NCBI GenBank assembly: GCA_965644315.1
Contig: CBFFRQ010000069.1
Span: 124,001 to 188,000, forward strand
Length of the DNA stretch: 64,000 bases
From: Caecitellus pseudoparvulus
Lineage: Eukaryota; Protista; Bigyra: Bicosoecida
Reading direction: 5' to 3'
Positions 9,101 to 18,494 of this stretch are shown piece by piece (the first letter of the stretch is position 1; the number at the start of each line of letters is the position of its first letter). The position numbers and the translations under genes were made by a program. Under the pieces are notes generated by a model. The model saw only the letters and a program-made list of their open reading frames with translations. It searched no databases and was not told the DNA's origin.

Positions 9101-12100
9101 TGACCGCCAGAGCACATTTCTGGACTCCCTCAAGGCACAGAGCCAGGCAGGGCGCGGCAGCGTGAAGTTCCGGCCGCCGGCCAGGCGTGGCTCAGGCCAG
9201 GCGGGTGCTGAGCTGGACACGAACAACGTGCGGTACACTTCCCCTCGGCGGAGCTCCGTGCGCAAGGTGCCGCGGTCCAGCCGGGCAGCGGAGTCGCGCA
9301 AGTCGTCCTTGTCCAAGGCGGCAGCTCCTCGCAAGGGTTCGGTGTCCAGCCGTAAGTCCCAGTACTCCGTGGGGGATGCGGAGGGTGAGACGGGCCCCGC
9401 CGTCACCGGCGGCGCGCCTGCTGCACTGAAGAAGACGGGCCAGTCCCAGCGCACGCCAGTCGCCACCATGGTGCGCAGGGTTAGCACGAAGCCCCAGGCA
9501 GCTGCCCCGGAACCTTCCACAGACGAGGCATCGCCTGAGAAGGCCTCCCCAGATGCGGCTGTCTCAACACCCAGCGTGACGGCAGAGCAGGCAGCTGGCA
9601 AGGCGGATGAAGGCGGCGCCAGTGCCGTTGTTGAAGGCGCGAAGCCACCTTCCTCGGAGGGCGCACCGGCTGTCGACGGAAAGGGTGTGGGCAAGCCCCC
9701 TGCACCCGCGGCACCGGAAGATGCCGAGAGCACAGGGGCCAGCGGCACCTTGCGGCGCGCGTCGGCGGTGTCCCGCCGGACTAGCGTCAGCGCCATCACC
9801 AGCGCTGCTCGCCTGAACCTCATGGACTCCCTGGACGAAGCGGAGAGCAAGGCAGCCAAGGAGGAGCCCAGCCCCAGCAAGGAGCCCTCGCGTGGCAAGC
9901 GCCCCCCTCCTCCCACCTCCCCTCGAGGGCGGTCAGTGGCCAAGGCGAAGGCCAAGGTGGCGGAGCGGCCCTGTGCAGAGTGGGTGCGGGGATACAGCCC
10001 CCGCGTCATTGCTGAGAAGTTGCTGGGCGGCGGCGTCCGAGCTGCCAACGACATGCTGGAGTTGTACGCGGATCGAGGGCAGGCCCGCTCCGCCATGAAG
10101 TTGCTGCAAGCCCTGCTCAAGGTGGGCATCACCCCCAACGCCACCTCCTACGCACACCTGCTGGTGGCCATGGCGCATGCAGGGCAGGTGCTGGACGCGG
10201 AGGAGGCCTTCGCGTCCCTGCCCAGCGCCATCAAAGAGGACCCCGCCTACCCCCAGTGCGTGGCGGCTATGTTTTACGTGTGGGAGACGAACGGCATGCT
10301 GTCCAGGGCTCTCGCGTATGTGGGCACAGACGGAGTGGGGTGGACCTCCGCCACCGCTGGTAGCACGGCGGGTGCCGAGCGGGGGCTGGCGGCCCTCCCT
10401 TCCCCCACCACGGGCGGGACCATGTCCTTCCCAGTGGGTGCGCGGCACGCCGTGCACAGGCTGGGTTCCCGGCAGATCGAGATGTGGAAGCTGCTCAGTG
10501 TCGTGGGCGCGGCTGGTGTGGCGGGGGACGTGGGCGCCGCTGAGGCTGCCACGTGGCACGCGCTCGTGTACGGCTGCCGCGGGGACCGCCTGCACCCCGG
10601 CACCGTGCCAGGCAAGCTGGAGCAGGGCACCGTTGCCGCCCTGCTGCGCTCCCTGGCCGCCGCCGGCAGCGTGCGCAAGGCAGAGCGAGTGTTCGAGGCC
10701 ACACTGCACAGCCTGTTCCAAGAGGTGTCCCTCGCTGCGGCCGCGTCGCCTGGCATGCTGCTGGCACTGTCCACCATCAAGGGCGGTTCGGGCGGCGCCC
10801 AGCTGGACAAGGCTCTGTCCCGAGCAGCTGCAGAGCACATGGCCAGGGCTGCTGGCGTGACGTTGCCCCGCCCTGCCAAGCCTGAGGACGGCGGGGCCCA
10901 GGCAGCCCTCAGCTTGGGCTCCGTGTGGGCGCCTGGCAGCGATGAGGCGGACCAGGCTGCCTCCCACGCCGCCGCCTTCCGTGACCGCGCCGCTGCCTCG
11001 GCGTCCAATGGCGGCCTGACGGCCGCTGCGCTGGCAGCGGCCGAGCGGGACTTCATGGGGCAGGTGTTCGGCGGTCGGTCCGCGGAGATCCTGCGGGCCA
11101 AGCGGGAGCGCCTGAACGACTTCACGTCCCACCAGCTGGCAGTGGAGTGCGAAGGGGACATCAGCCGCCTGGCCAGCATGTCTCCCAGCACAGTGAACGA
11201 CATCGCCCGCTCGTACGGTTTGGGTGCGGCGGCCGTCGGCCTGTCTGATGTAACGCCTGACGAGGCCTGCTTCGCTGCCATGATCACCGCTTACGGGCGC
11301 AGTGGCGACGTGTCCTCGGCTCGGCGCGTCTTTGACGTGTACTGCGCCGTGTACACCGGCATCTCAGGCGTGAAGGGCAGCTCCCCCGACGCCCACCCCC
11401 TGCGCCGCATTCTGACAGCTGCCCGGGACGCGTCAAGCACGGGCAGCGGCGTGAGCATCACGGTGCCACCCGACGCTCCTGGCCCCTCTGCCCTCACCTA
11501 CACCGCCCTGCTCGGCGCACTGGCCTCTGACAGTTCCCTGGGGGACCAGGACCCCGAGGCGTTGCTGGATGTGGCAGCCGGCACTGTGCGCCGCATGACG
11601 GAGGGGGGCGTGCCGGTGAGTGCCGAGAACTACGCCGCCCTCATCACCTTGCACGGCGCTGCTGGGCAGCTGCAGGCAGCGGAGGAGCTGCTGAGTCTGG
11701 CGCAGGCCACCCCCGCCACCATGCACCACTACAAGGTGCACACCGCACTCATCGCGCTGGCGGCACAGCCAGACCTGGTAGGCGGGGAAGTGGACTACCG
11801 GGCCATCCTGCGCCAGCTGTCCGCCCCCGACGCTGTGCCTCTGCAGGGCGACTGCGGCACGTACGCTGCCACCATCGCCGCCCACAGCGTGGCTGGCACG
11901 TTGGGCGAGGTGGAGGGCACTGTGGACGACCTGCTGTGTGCGCGCGTCACGCCGTCCAACGAAGTGTACACCCAGCTGCTGCACACGCTGCACGGCCAGG
12001 GGCACTTCGCTGCGGGAGTCAGCATTCTGGACAAGCTGGCCAGCTCAGACCCCGGGCTCGTGCACCGGTGGGGCACCCACATCGGCGTGTCCATCGTGCA

Positions 12101-15100
12101 GCTGTACGCAGCGGGGGCCAGCACAGGCGTCGTGCAGCTGAAGGCGGAAGACGTCGTGGTCATGTGGCAGGCCATGTGCGCGCCACCCCACGCGCCGCCC
12201 AGCCTGGGGTCGGCGCCGTCCCCCGTCCGCCGCCCCCTCATGCCGCCCCGGGCGTGGCAGGTGGACGGCGTGGGGGAGTTCGTCGTGCACCTGTCCTGTG
12301 CCTTGAACGCCGTCGTGCAGCGCCTGGCTGGCAGCGGTCGCCTGCGGGCAGCCGTGAGCATGCTGCGCCTGTGGACCGTGACCCCCGAGATGCCCTTCGG
12401 CAAGATCACCACCTGGCTGTGGTCATCGGAGGATGCCGAGGCGTCCTCCCCCGTCGTGGACTGGTCCCCCACCAACCTCAGGGCGTGGGGCGACCATGCC
12501 CTGTGGCTGCGTGACTCGGTCGGCGTCGTCTTCGAGTGGCTGGAGCGCTCCCTCGCAGTGCTCTCCATCGCCACAGGTGCGGCAGGGCAGGTGTCCAACT
12601 CGGTGTACCTGTTCGAGGCGGCACTGCGCCTGCGAGCCCGCGGCGAGAGTGCCGTGCTGTGGCGCACGGGGGCGGGCGCCACTGCCGGCGCAGCCTCCGC
12701 GTCCCCTGACGCACCGCAGGCTGCCGGCCGCGGCAGGCCCAGTGACTCTTTCGCCCGGCGCCGCACCATGTCTGGGTTCGACCACCTGGCGTCGCTGTGG
12801 GCCCCAGAGGCGTTCCCCAGCACTGGCGGCACGGTGCCGTTCGGGCGTGCCCCCCCTCGTGTGCCCACTGTGGGGGCGCTCCTGCGCGGCATGGGCTTGG
12901 TGGCGTGGGGCGAGTCTGCCTTGGAGGAGGGCGAAGACGAGGGCTGGTGCGTGGAGTCAGACGCGCTGCCCTGGCACGCTCTCATGCACGCATACATGCT
13001 GGCTGGGCGGGCCGCCGCTGCCCTGGGCGTGCTGCCCCTGCTCAAGGAGCGTGGTGTCGTGCCGCCCCCCAGCATGCTCGTGACCGCCCTGCACACGGCC
13101 GTGTCCTCAGGGCAGCCGGAGGTGTGCGAGGACCTCGTGCAGCAGACTGTGGCCATCGCCCGTGTGGCGTGTGACAAGCGCATGACGCGGGGGCATGGCG
13201 TGCCCCCCGCTGAGGACTACGCCCTGCTGCTGGAGTGGTGCCCGCCCGTCCTCATCAGCCGCCTGCGGGGGCTGGCTGCCGCTGGTCGCACGCAGCGCCT
13301 GCTGGAGGTGTGGGACGAGTACACGGGGCGTGTCCTGCCGCAGGTGGGCTTGGCGCCTTCTCAAATCATCACCGACGCCTTCGTGCATGGACTGGCCGAC
13401 GTCATGCCATACCTGCAGCCCTGTCTGTCCCTCATGCCGGATGTGGCCAGCGCCTTCATGACCACCGTCACAGGGTCCCTGCCCACTGGCACGCCGCTGG
13501 CGCGCATTCTGGCCGAGGGTCGCTCTGATGCCCTGCTGACTGCAGGCGGACTTGCCCCCCGGCCAGCAGACCTGCTCACGCACGCCCGGCGCGCTGTCAT
13601 CGCGCTGCTTGCGTCAACCCGCACGCCGACCGTGTCGTCCCTCACCTCCCTTTCCCTGGTTCTGTTCCGGGCTGGGTGTTCCACCGACGCCCGCATTCTG
13701 CTGCGTACCCTTATGCGACACGCCGTCGGCGAGACGTACAGCGCCGTGGATGCACTGGACGACGTGGCGGTGTCCCACCGTCGAGAGGATGCCAACGCCT
13801 CCATGCGCTGCGCCCTGCCTGTGCCGCCGCCCCAAGGCGCACCCGCCGTGGACTCCCTCACTGGCACCATGCACCTGAAGGACACGGCGGGCGTCGCCGA
13901 CAGCGGGGAGTTCCTCACCACCTCTGTCTTTGACACGCCCACAGTGCGGCATGTGCTGTCCCGGACCGCCGAGGGCAGTGCCGCCACCCTGGCAGAGGGC
14001 AACCCCGCCGAGGTCGCGGAGCTTATGTTGGCGCTGGGGGAGACCGGCTGCGTGCCGGAGGTGTGCGGCCTCGTGCAGTACCTGCTGAACCAGGACCTGC
14101 CTGTCAGCGTGGAGAACGGGCTGGCTGTGGCGGCGCTGGCTGCCCTGGCTGCAGCGGGGGATGCCACCCAGAGCGAGTCCCTGTGGCGGGACCACCGGGT
14201 GGACTTCTCCCTCATTGCCGAGCGCCAGCACTCCCTCATGGCTGGCATCCGCGGCGGCCTCCTGCACTTTGTCTGGCAGCTGGCGGCGGCGGAGGTGTCG
14301 CCAGAGGCCTTCGCAGGGGACCAAGAGGTGACGCTGGCGTCCCTGCCCGCTCTGGATGCCGCCGCCCTCAGCGCGGTGGCCAGCATCCGCCTGCTGTCCC
14401 TGGTGAACCGAGGGCACGTGCACGCAGCGGTGATGGGGCTGGAGGCGTGTGCGCTGAGCCTGGCCATCCCCCTGTGGCGGGAAGCCATCACCGCCGTCAT
14501 CTCCGCCACCACCTCCCTGCCCCGCCACGCCCTGCTGCTGGGTGCCCGCCACGAGCGCAACGTGGGGGCCATGCTCGTGCAGCGGGATGTCGTGGGCGGG
14601 GATGGCGAGTTGCCTGCCTCCCCTGACAGCGGCAGCCTGCCCAGCATGTCCCTGCCGGCACCTGCCGCGGCGGGGCTTGTCTGCCGTCTGGAGCACGCTG
14701 CCCACGCCCTCGTCCGAGCGGGCATCTGGCGCCCCCGGGCAGTGGATGTGAACCTGCTCATCATGCTGTACGGCGTCCTGGGCGAGACGGGCACGGCGCA
14801 GGCCCTGACGTGGGCGCTGTTCGACAGCACTGCCAGCCGCAAGCCAGGCGCCAAGGCTGCTCAGCCGCTGGGCGGGGCCTTGCGAGAGAAGGCGTGCACA
14901 CAAGCTGCTGCCGTGGCCCTGGCCACTGCCTGGACGGACAAGCGCGTCACCAGCGCTGCCAGCACTGCCCTGGAGCTGGCTGAGCGCCTGACTGTGCCGG
15001 GGGCAGGGGCGGAGGCGGGCACCTCAGCCTCTGCCACGCAGTCTGTGGAGAGCGCAGGGGGTGCCGACAGCACCGAGCCGTGGCGCATCCTGCGGTGCTG

Positions 15101-18100
15101 GGGTGTCACGGAGCCAGCAGCAGTGGCGGCGGCACGGTCTGACGCCCTGCCCAGCGCGGCGCGGGCGCCGACGGGGGTGGTGGCGGGGGACCCCGCCTCC
15201 CGTGTGGCCCTGCACGTCACTGGCGCAGCCTCCAACGTCACGCTCATCGCCAGCATGTTCGCTTTGGCAGTGGCGCCGGCGGCAGCCTACACGCGTGGCG
15301 TGGCATCTCGCCAGGCCAAGCGAGCCCTGGAGGCGGCAGCCGCCACCCTGGGCCTGTCCACCTACTTGGCCCACTTCGCAGCCTTGGGGGACATCATCGA
15401 GCGGCGCCAGGCTTCCAACCAGGGCAAGGTCGGCAAGGCGCCCCCCCACGGCACGCCTGCAGCAGGCACAGCCCTGTCCTCCCCCCAAGACGTCATGCTG
15501 GCGTGTGTGTCTGCCCTGCTGGCCCCATCGGGGGCTGGCGCTGCAGGGGCCGCCCTGGAGCGGCAGGAGGTCGGCGTGGGCGCGGGCCTGGCGCAGTGGC
15601 TGGCGTCCTTGAGCGCGGCGTACACGACTGTGCCAGTGTGGGGCGCGTGGCGGCTGCAGGAGCGCGAGACGCCCCTGCCCGCGCAGGCCACCCACCTGCT
15701 GCTGTCCAGCCTGGGTGTGGCTGTGGGCTCGGCCATGCCCGGCACAGCCCCCAGCAACATCAGCCACCACATCCCCCGCGCACCCCGCGACCAGGACCAG
15801 CTGCGCACCACCACCCTGCGCCTGTCCCGCTGCCTGCCTGTGCTGGATGAAGCTGCCTCCCCCGCCCAGCTGTCCTATGCCCTGCTGGAGCGCATGCACA
15901 AGGAGGCGGGGCAGGTGGAGGGGGAGCTGGCATCCGCCGTGGCTGGGCAGCGCGCCTCGCTGCGGGGGGCGTTCTCTGTGGAGGCGGAGGTGCAGGCTGC
16001 CCCTGGCGCCGCCACTGCCACTGGGGGTGGTGCCACCGCCCTCATCACGGCACTGGGGGAGGAGGAGGAGGCGGCACAGACTCAGGCCCGTGTCGCGGCA
16101 CTGGGCCCCAGCCGCTCGCCCTCCCCGGTGGAGGAGCGGGAGGAGGGCGCGCACGGTGCGGGGCTCAGCAAGCGCCGCTTCCGCACATTCGACCGCACGC
16201 CCTTCGCGCCGCCCAGCGTGTCGGGGTCCCCCGGCGGCGTCCCCGACGCGCCCACTGACTCCACAGACCTCCTCGTGCGCAGCGTGACGGCCACAGACGT
16301 GCACGAGCTGGAGGCATCTGTCATGACGACGCAGCTGGAGCTGGACACCCTCACGGCCCGCCTGGCCGCTTGTGACGTGGAGCTGGAACGCATCCACGCA
16401 GCGGAGGAGGAGGCGGAGGACTTTGCCCGGCGGGCGGCGGCAGCGCAGGGGCTCGTGTACATTCCCCGCACCGCAGGTGGCGAGGGCGTGCACTCTGCCG
16501 AGACGCTGGCCCTGAACAAGCTGCGCCTGAACATCCTGCGCCGCGCTGCCGATGAGCTGCGCAGCGCCGAGAGCAGCATGGCCCGGCGCCTGGGCGCGCC
16601 CGAGGCGGCAGCGGCACGGGACATCTTCCTCTCCTTCACCGACGTGCGCAACCGGCTGCTGACGGAGGAGGAGAGTGTGCGCACGGCACTGCGGCAGGCT
16701 GAGGAGGCGACGGCCAGCATGGAGGGGCGCTTCGCCAAGACCCTGGCCCGCTTCCAGACAGGGCAGTTGGAGCGGCAGGGCATGGCGGTGGAGGATCTGA
16801 AGGCGGCGGCGGCGGGGAAGGGTGGCGTGACGCTGGCTGTGCCGCAGGAGGAGTACCGCCGCGCCGCCCAGCACGTGCTGTCCCCCTACGCTGTCAGCGC
16901 GGTGAAGGCGCAAAGCATGCGGGTGGTGCGGCAGGCGTCTGCGGGGCAGGAGGCAGAGCGCAAGCGGCAGACGGACCACACGCAGGCCACCGTGTACGCC
17001 TCGGCCCTGCTGCACACACGACTGGAGGCAGAGCACGAAGCGCGGCTGGGCGCCGTGTCCCAGTGGGAAGGCACCCTGCGCGAGCTGGCATCGTGCGCGG
17101 TGCAGCTGGATGCAGACGAAGACGCCTTGCTGGCTGAGCTGGAGACGCTGTCCAGCCAGTACGCCGCCGCCCAGCGGGAGAGCGAGGGCATGCTGTCGGT
17201 GGTGACGGCGCACAAGACCCGCCTGCTGCAGGAGCTGGACGCAGTGCTGTCAGATGTGGACAGCCGCAAGCGCGCCCAGCGGGAAGGCGCCATGGCCGCC
17301 ATCCGAGAGCAGGAGTGGGAGCGGGGGCAGGCAGAGATCTCTGCAGCACACGCCGCAGCTGCGCAGGCACTGCAGGAGGTGCGGGCGGAGGCAGCGTCCC
17401 AGCTGGCGGCAGTGGGCAAGCGCATCCAGGACAGCGTGGCCACTGAGCTGGCACCACTGGTGGACGCAGCCGAGGCGGAGGCCGCCGCCACAGCCGCTGA
17501 GGTGGAGAGTCTGACTGCCGAGCTGGGGCGCCTGCAGGGCGAGCTGCACACGACAGTGCAGGCGACAGCTGACGCTGAGATGCGCCTGCAGGGTGAGCGT
17601 GGCCGCCTGACGGACACCCTCACCCGGGTGTCGGCGCGGGAGGCGCTGCCGGAAGGCGCAGCGCTGGCGCCAGGCACGCTGGCCTCCACACACGCAGACG
17701 CAGGGCCGCTGTCGGGGGGCGGTCTGCTGTCTGCGGCACAGCTGTCAGCGGGGACGCAGCGCGATGCGGGGCGGCTGGACCTGCGCCTGCACCTGTGGAA
17801 CCTCACCCACACCCTGTACTCAGACGTGTCTTCGTATCTGGACATGCTGGACAGTGTGGAGGACCTGGCGGTGGAGGGCTGTGCGCCGTCAGCGGAGGTG
17901 CGCGCTGCGGCGGCTGAGGCAGCGGAGGAGGGCAGTGCCGCGGCACTGGCCCTGGCAGCCGCGGAGGTGGGCGCCGACACGGACATCGCTGACGTGGAGT
18001 CTGCCCTCTTCGACGTGTACGTGAATGAGTACGAAGCTCTGCGGGCGGAGGACCGCCTGCCGCGCCTGCCGCCGCTGCCCAGCTGGGGCATGCTGAGTGA

Positions 18101-18392
18101 CGTGGCGGCGGCGGAGGTGGCAGAAGCGGAGCGCCAGGCAGCCGAGGCAGCGGCGGCGGCGGAGGCGGCGGCAGCTGCCGAGGCAGAGGCACGGGCACGG
18201 CGAACGGCGCGGCGTGGGCCCACCTCCCGCGCCATGGTGCGGACAAGCGCGCCCTCCCCCACCACCCAGGCAGCACGGGCATCTGCCCGGCGCCGTGGGG
18301 CTGCCTCCACGGGGCGCAGGGGTGGCGGCAAGGGGCCGTCGTCCAAGGACCACGCCACGCTGGTGTGGAAGCAGCTCACTGGCCTGCGCTGA
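6102..18392 (+). CDS. Giant 4096-aa protein: degenerate DH(RhoGEF)-like + PH-like + PH domains, Pro/Ala/Ser-rich linker, PPR repeats, C-terminal coiled coil
   Basis: Single uninterrupted 12.3-kb ORF. PH signature RGSLEKKSSGLMGSSWKARF...YAFRAKSAEIAQQWV. PPR motifs include GITPNATSYAHLLVAMAHAGQ, PDEACFAAMITAYGRSGDVSSARRVF, PSALTYTALLGAL and PSNEVYTQLL. E/A/R-rich heptads at ~16300-18200. Confidence 0.8.
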   Translation: MASHFRADEILLRSQLRYADLLAAFSKALASSDAAHLQGLTGHIADLARGAAELGEAYKRSGAGVYAKFSALLQLHIDYAASLAKYELAMLPLAQQVQEVLNADPHAGGQSVKQMLRLPALRILEEEMLFEYVQSEAESLGAPPKVMKRLRSITGNGIAKVKKNVLSKRSKGVKKALAELPVTDREGEVRTGTVVRYTQAVVQGVEAVVMLLADPAGAELVMLGAEPGKELGTNFIASFTLDSNITASSKASPRPTLNIAGDDVRLTLELAPGVSASSWREDVLLAARGKFSKEVVYSRQLLASLETAAQSALFSSTVPDDMLASLSAYVSEQTSLSAAAQASGGAGLSSEAPPFPDSMQDLLPFANPTAISDTWRRIHAAAVSLDVGVRGSLEKKSSGLMGSSWKARFGEIRILENSRGVLRGEFVLWSSKERYEKYQAALASGDMGEAAELSNSRTPFDLADYEKAVWCGSKKSNQFEVRHGGTKYAFRAKSAEIAQQWVASFVCFDELRQVLGDKMAAAQQEKARAGITAGAAEAFSAARSRETSMLVAKGALEKYKSENAPSPAPEPVSAAEPADTAASTPAPATAAGSATAEASDSSKPTAPAVESKEAQPVASAKAPAPAAGTEAAAPPATSAGRSAPSEEAKAATPPPPAAGSRAPAGGVSGPAPAAGDSKVSAPGPKAPGPTTVSPPPRPLVTGLPKPSSPPQRAPLRGSLGAKSGAIEEAKPEPESKPDSSAPAPAAAADAAVKPSADGKKPTPPADSVAAGQSGVSKKAAKDSSSLPAGKAPASPGKAPASPGKAPASPGKAPASPGKAPAPAAPASEAKKLSPPKGPISPKPGKVISGKAPKPAPTGAGKAKAAPNTPPVSGGSAVAKDSAPAPATVAPAADAPEPKSESSKPSKPVSPPGARPPPTRPTLSPKQATKPATPPPAAAVVASVSRPASPKAGPPTAQPPVSPASSVRSEASVVDTSAGVKPSALRKAGKGVSFSTEGSGDDRQSTFLDSLKAQSQAGRGSVKFRPPARRGSGQAGAELDTNNVRYTSPRRSSVRKVPRSSRAAESRKSSLSKAAAPRKGSVSSRKSQYSVGDAEGETGPAVTGGAPAALKKTGQSQRTPVATMVRRVSTKPQAAAPEPSTDEASPEKASPDAAVSTPSVTAEQAAGKADEGGASAVVEGAKPPSSEGAPAVDGKGVGKPPAPAAPEDAESTGASGTLRRASAVSRRTSVSAITSAARLNLMDSLDEAESKAAKEEPSPSKEPSRGKRPPPPTSPRGRSVAKAKAKVAERPCAEWVRGYSPRVIAEKLLGGGVRAANDMLELYADRGQARSAMKLLQALLKVGITPNATSYAHLLVAMAHAGQVLDAEEAFASLPSAIKEDPAYPQCVAAMFYVWETNGMLSRALAYVGTDGVGWTSATAGSTAGAERGLAALPSPTTGGTMSFPVGARHAVHRLGSRQIEMWKLLSVVGAAGVAGDVGAAEAATWHALVYGCRGDRLHPGTVPGKLEQGTVAALLRSLAAAGSVRKAERVFEATLHSLFQEVSLAAAASPGMLLALSTIKGGSGGAQLDKALSRAAAEHMARAAGVTLPRPAKPEDGGAQAALSLGSVWAPGSDEADQAASHAAAFRDRAAASASNGGLTAAALAAAERDFMGQVFGGRSAEILRAKRERLNDFTSHQLAVECEGDISRLASMSPSTVNDIARSYGLGAAAVGLSDVTPDEACFAAMITAYGRSGDVSSARRVFDVYCAVYTGISGVKGSSPDAHPLRRILTAARDASSTGSGVSITVPPDAPGPSALTYTALLGALASDSSLGDQDPEALLDVAAGTVRRMTEGGVPVSAENYAALITLHGAAGQLQAAEELLSLAQATPATMHHYKVHTALIALAAQPDLVGGEVDYRAILRQLSAPDAVPLQGDCGTYAATIAAHSVAGTLGEVEGTVDDLLCARVTPSNEVYTQLLHTLHGQGHFAAGVSILDKLASSDPGLVHRWGTHIGVSIVQLYAAGASTGVVQLKAEDVVVMWQAMCAPPHAPPSLGSAPSPVRRPLMPPRAWQVDGVGEFVVHLSCALNAVVQRLAGSGRLRAAVSMLRLWTVTPEMPFGKITTWLWSSEDAEASSPVVDWSPTNLRAWGDHALWLRDSVGVVFEWLERSLAVLSIATGAAGQVSNSVYLFEAALRLRARGESAVLWRTGAGATAGAASASPDAPQAAGRGRPSDSFARRRTMSGFDHLASLWAPEAFPSTGGTVPFGRAPPRVPTVGALLRGMGLVAWGESALEEGEDEGWCVESDALPWHALMHAYMLAGRAAAALGVLPLLKERGVVPPPSMLVTALHTAVSSGQPEVCEDLVQQTVAIARVACDKRMTRGHGVPPAEDYALLLEWCPPVLISRLRGLAAAGRTQRLLEVWDEYTGRVLPQVGLAPSQIITDAFVHGLADVMPYLQPCLSLMPDVASAFMTTVTGSLPTGTPLARILAEGRSDALLTAGGLAPRPADLLTHARRAVIALLASTRTPTVSSLTSLSLVLFRAGCSTDARILLRTLMRHAVGETYSAVDALDDVAVSHRREDANASMRCALPVPPPQGAPAVDSLTGTMHLKDTAGVADSGEFLTTSVFDTPTVRHVLSRTAEGSAATLAEGNPAEVAELMLALGETGCVPEVCGLVQYLLNQDLPVSVENGLAVAALAALAAAGDATQSESLWRDHRVDFSLIAERQHSLMAGIRGGLLHFVWQLAAAEVSPEAFAGDQEVTLASLPALDAAALSAVASIRLLSLVNRGHVHAAVMGLEACALSLAIPLWREAITAVISATTSLPRHALLLGARHERNVGAMLVQRDVVGGDGELPASPDSGSLPSMSLPAPAAAGLVCRLEHAAHALVRAGIWRPRAVDVNLLIMLYGVLGETGTAQALTWALFDSTASRKPGAKAAQPLGGALREKACTQAAAVALATAWTDKRVTSAASTALELAERLTVPGAGAEAGTSASATQSVESAGGADSTEPWRILRCWGVTEPAAVAAARSDALPSAARAPTGVVAGDPASRVALHVTGAASNVTLIASMFALAVAPAAAYTRGVASRQAKRALEAAAATLGLSTYLAHFAALGDIIERRQASNQGKVGKAPPHGTPAAGTALSSPQDVMLACVSALLAPSGAGAAGAALERQEVGVGAGLAQWLASLSAAYTTVPVWGAWRLQERETPLPAQATHLLLSSLGVAVGSAMPGTAPSNISHHIPRAPRDQDQLRTTTLRLSRCLPVLDEAASPAQLSYALLERMHKEAGQVEGELASAVAGQRASLRGAFSVEAEVQAAPGAATATGGGATALITALGEEEEAAQTQARVAALGPSRSPSPVEEREEGAHGAGLSKRRFRTFDRTPFAPPSVSGSPGGVPDAPTDSTDLLVRSVTATDVHELEASVMTTQLELDTLTARLAACDVELERIHAAEEEAEDFARRAAAAQGLVYIPRTAGGEGVHSAETLALNKLRLNILRRAADELRSAESSMARRLGAPEAAAARDIFLSFTDVRNRLLTEEESVRTALRQAEEATASMEGRFAKTLARFQTGQLERQGMAVEDLKAAAAGKGGVTLAVPQEEYRRAAQHVLSPYAVSAVKAQSMRVVRQASAGQEAERKRQTDHTQATVYASALLHTRLEAEHEARLGAVSQWEGTLRELASCAVQLDADEDALLAELETLSSQYAAAQRESEGMLSVVTAHKTRLLQELDAVLSDVDSRKRAQREGAMAAIREQEWERGQAEISAAHAAAAQALQEVRAEAASQLAAVGKRIQDSVATELAPLVDAAEAEAAATAAEVESLTAELGRLQGELHTTVQATADAEMRLQGERGRLTDTLTRVSAREALPEGAALAPGTLASTHADAGPLSGGGLLSAAQLSAGTQRDAGRLDLRLHLWNLTHTLYSDVSSYLDMLDSVEDLAVEGCAPSAEVRAAAAEAAEEGSAAALALAAAEVGADTDIADVESALFDVYVNEYEALRAEDRLPRLPPLPSWGMLSDVAAAEVAEAERQAAEAAAAAEAAAAAEAEARARRTARRGPTSRAMVRTSAPSPTTQAARASARRRGAASTGRRGGGKGPSSKDHATLVWKQLTGLR
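8466..8561 (+). repeat. 21-bp coding tandem repeat, (GKAPASP) x~4.5
   Basis: ggcaaggcgccagcttcgcca-like units inside the giant ORF's Pro-rich linker. Confidence 0.85.
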
Positions 18393-18494
18393 GCCAGCCA
18401 GCCAGCCGCGGTCGTGTAAAATGCAAAGCCAACGTGTGGTGTGCGGCACAGGTTGAGTGTGGGCGACTGTTGCTGCTCCCATGTGTTGACGGCC

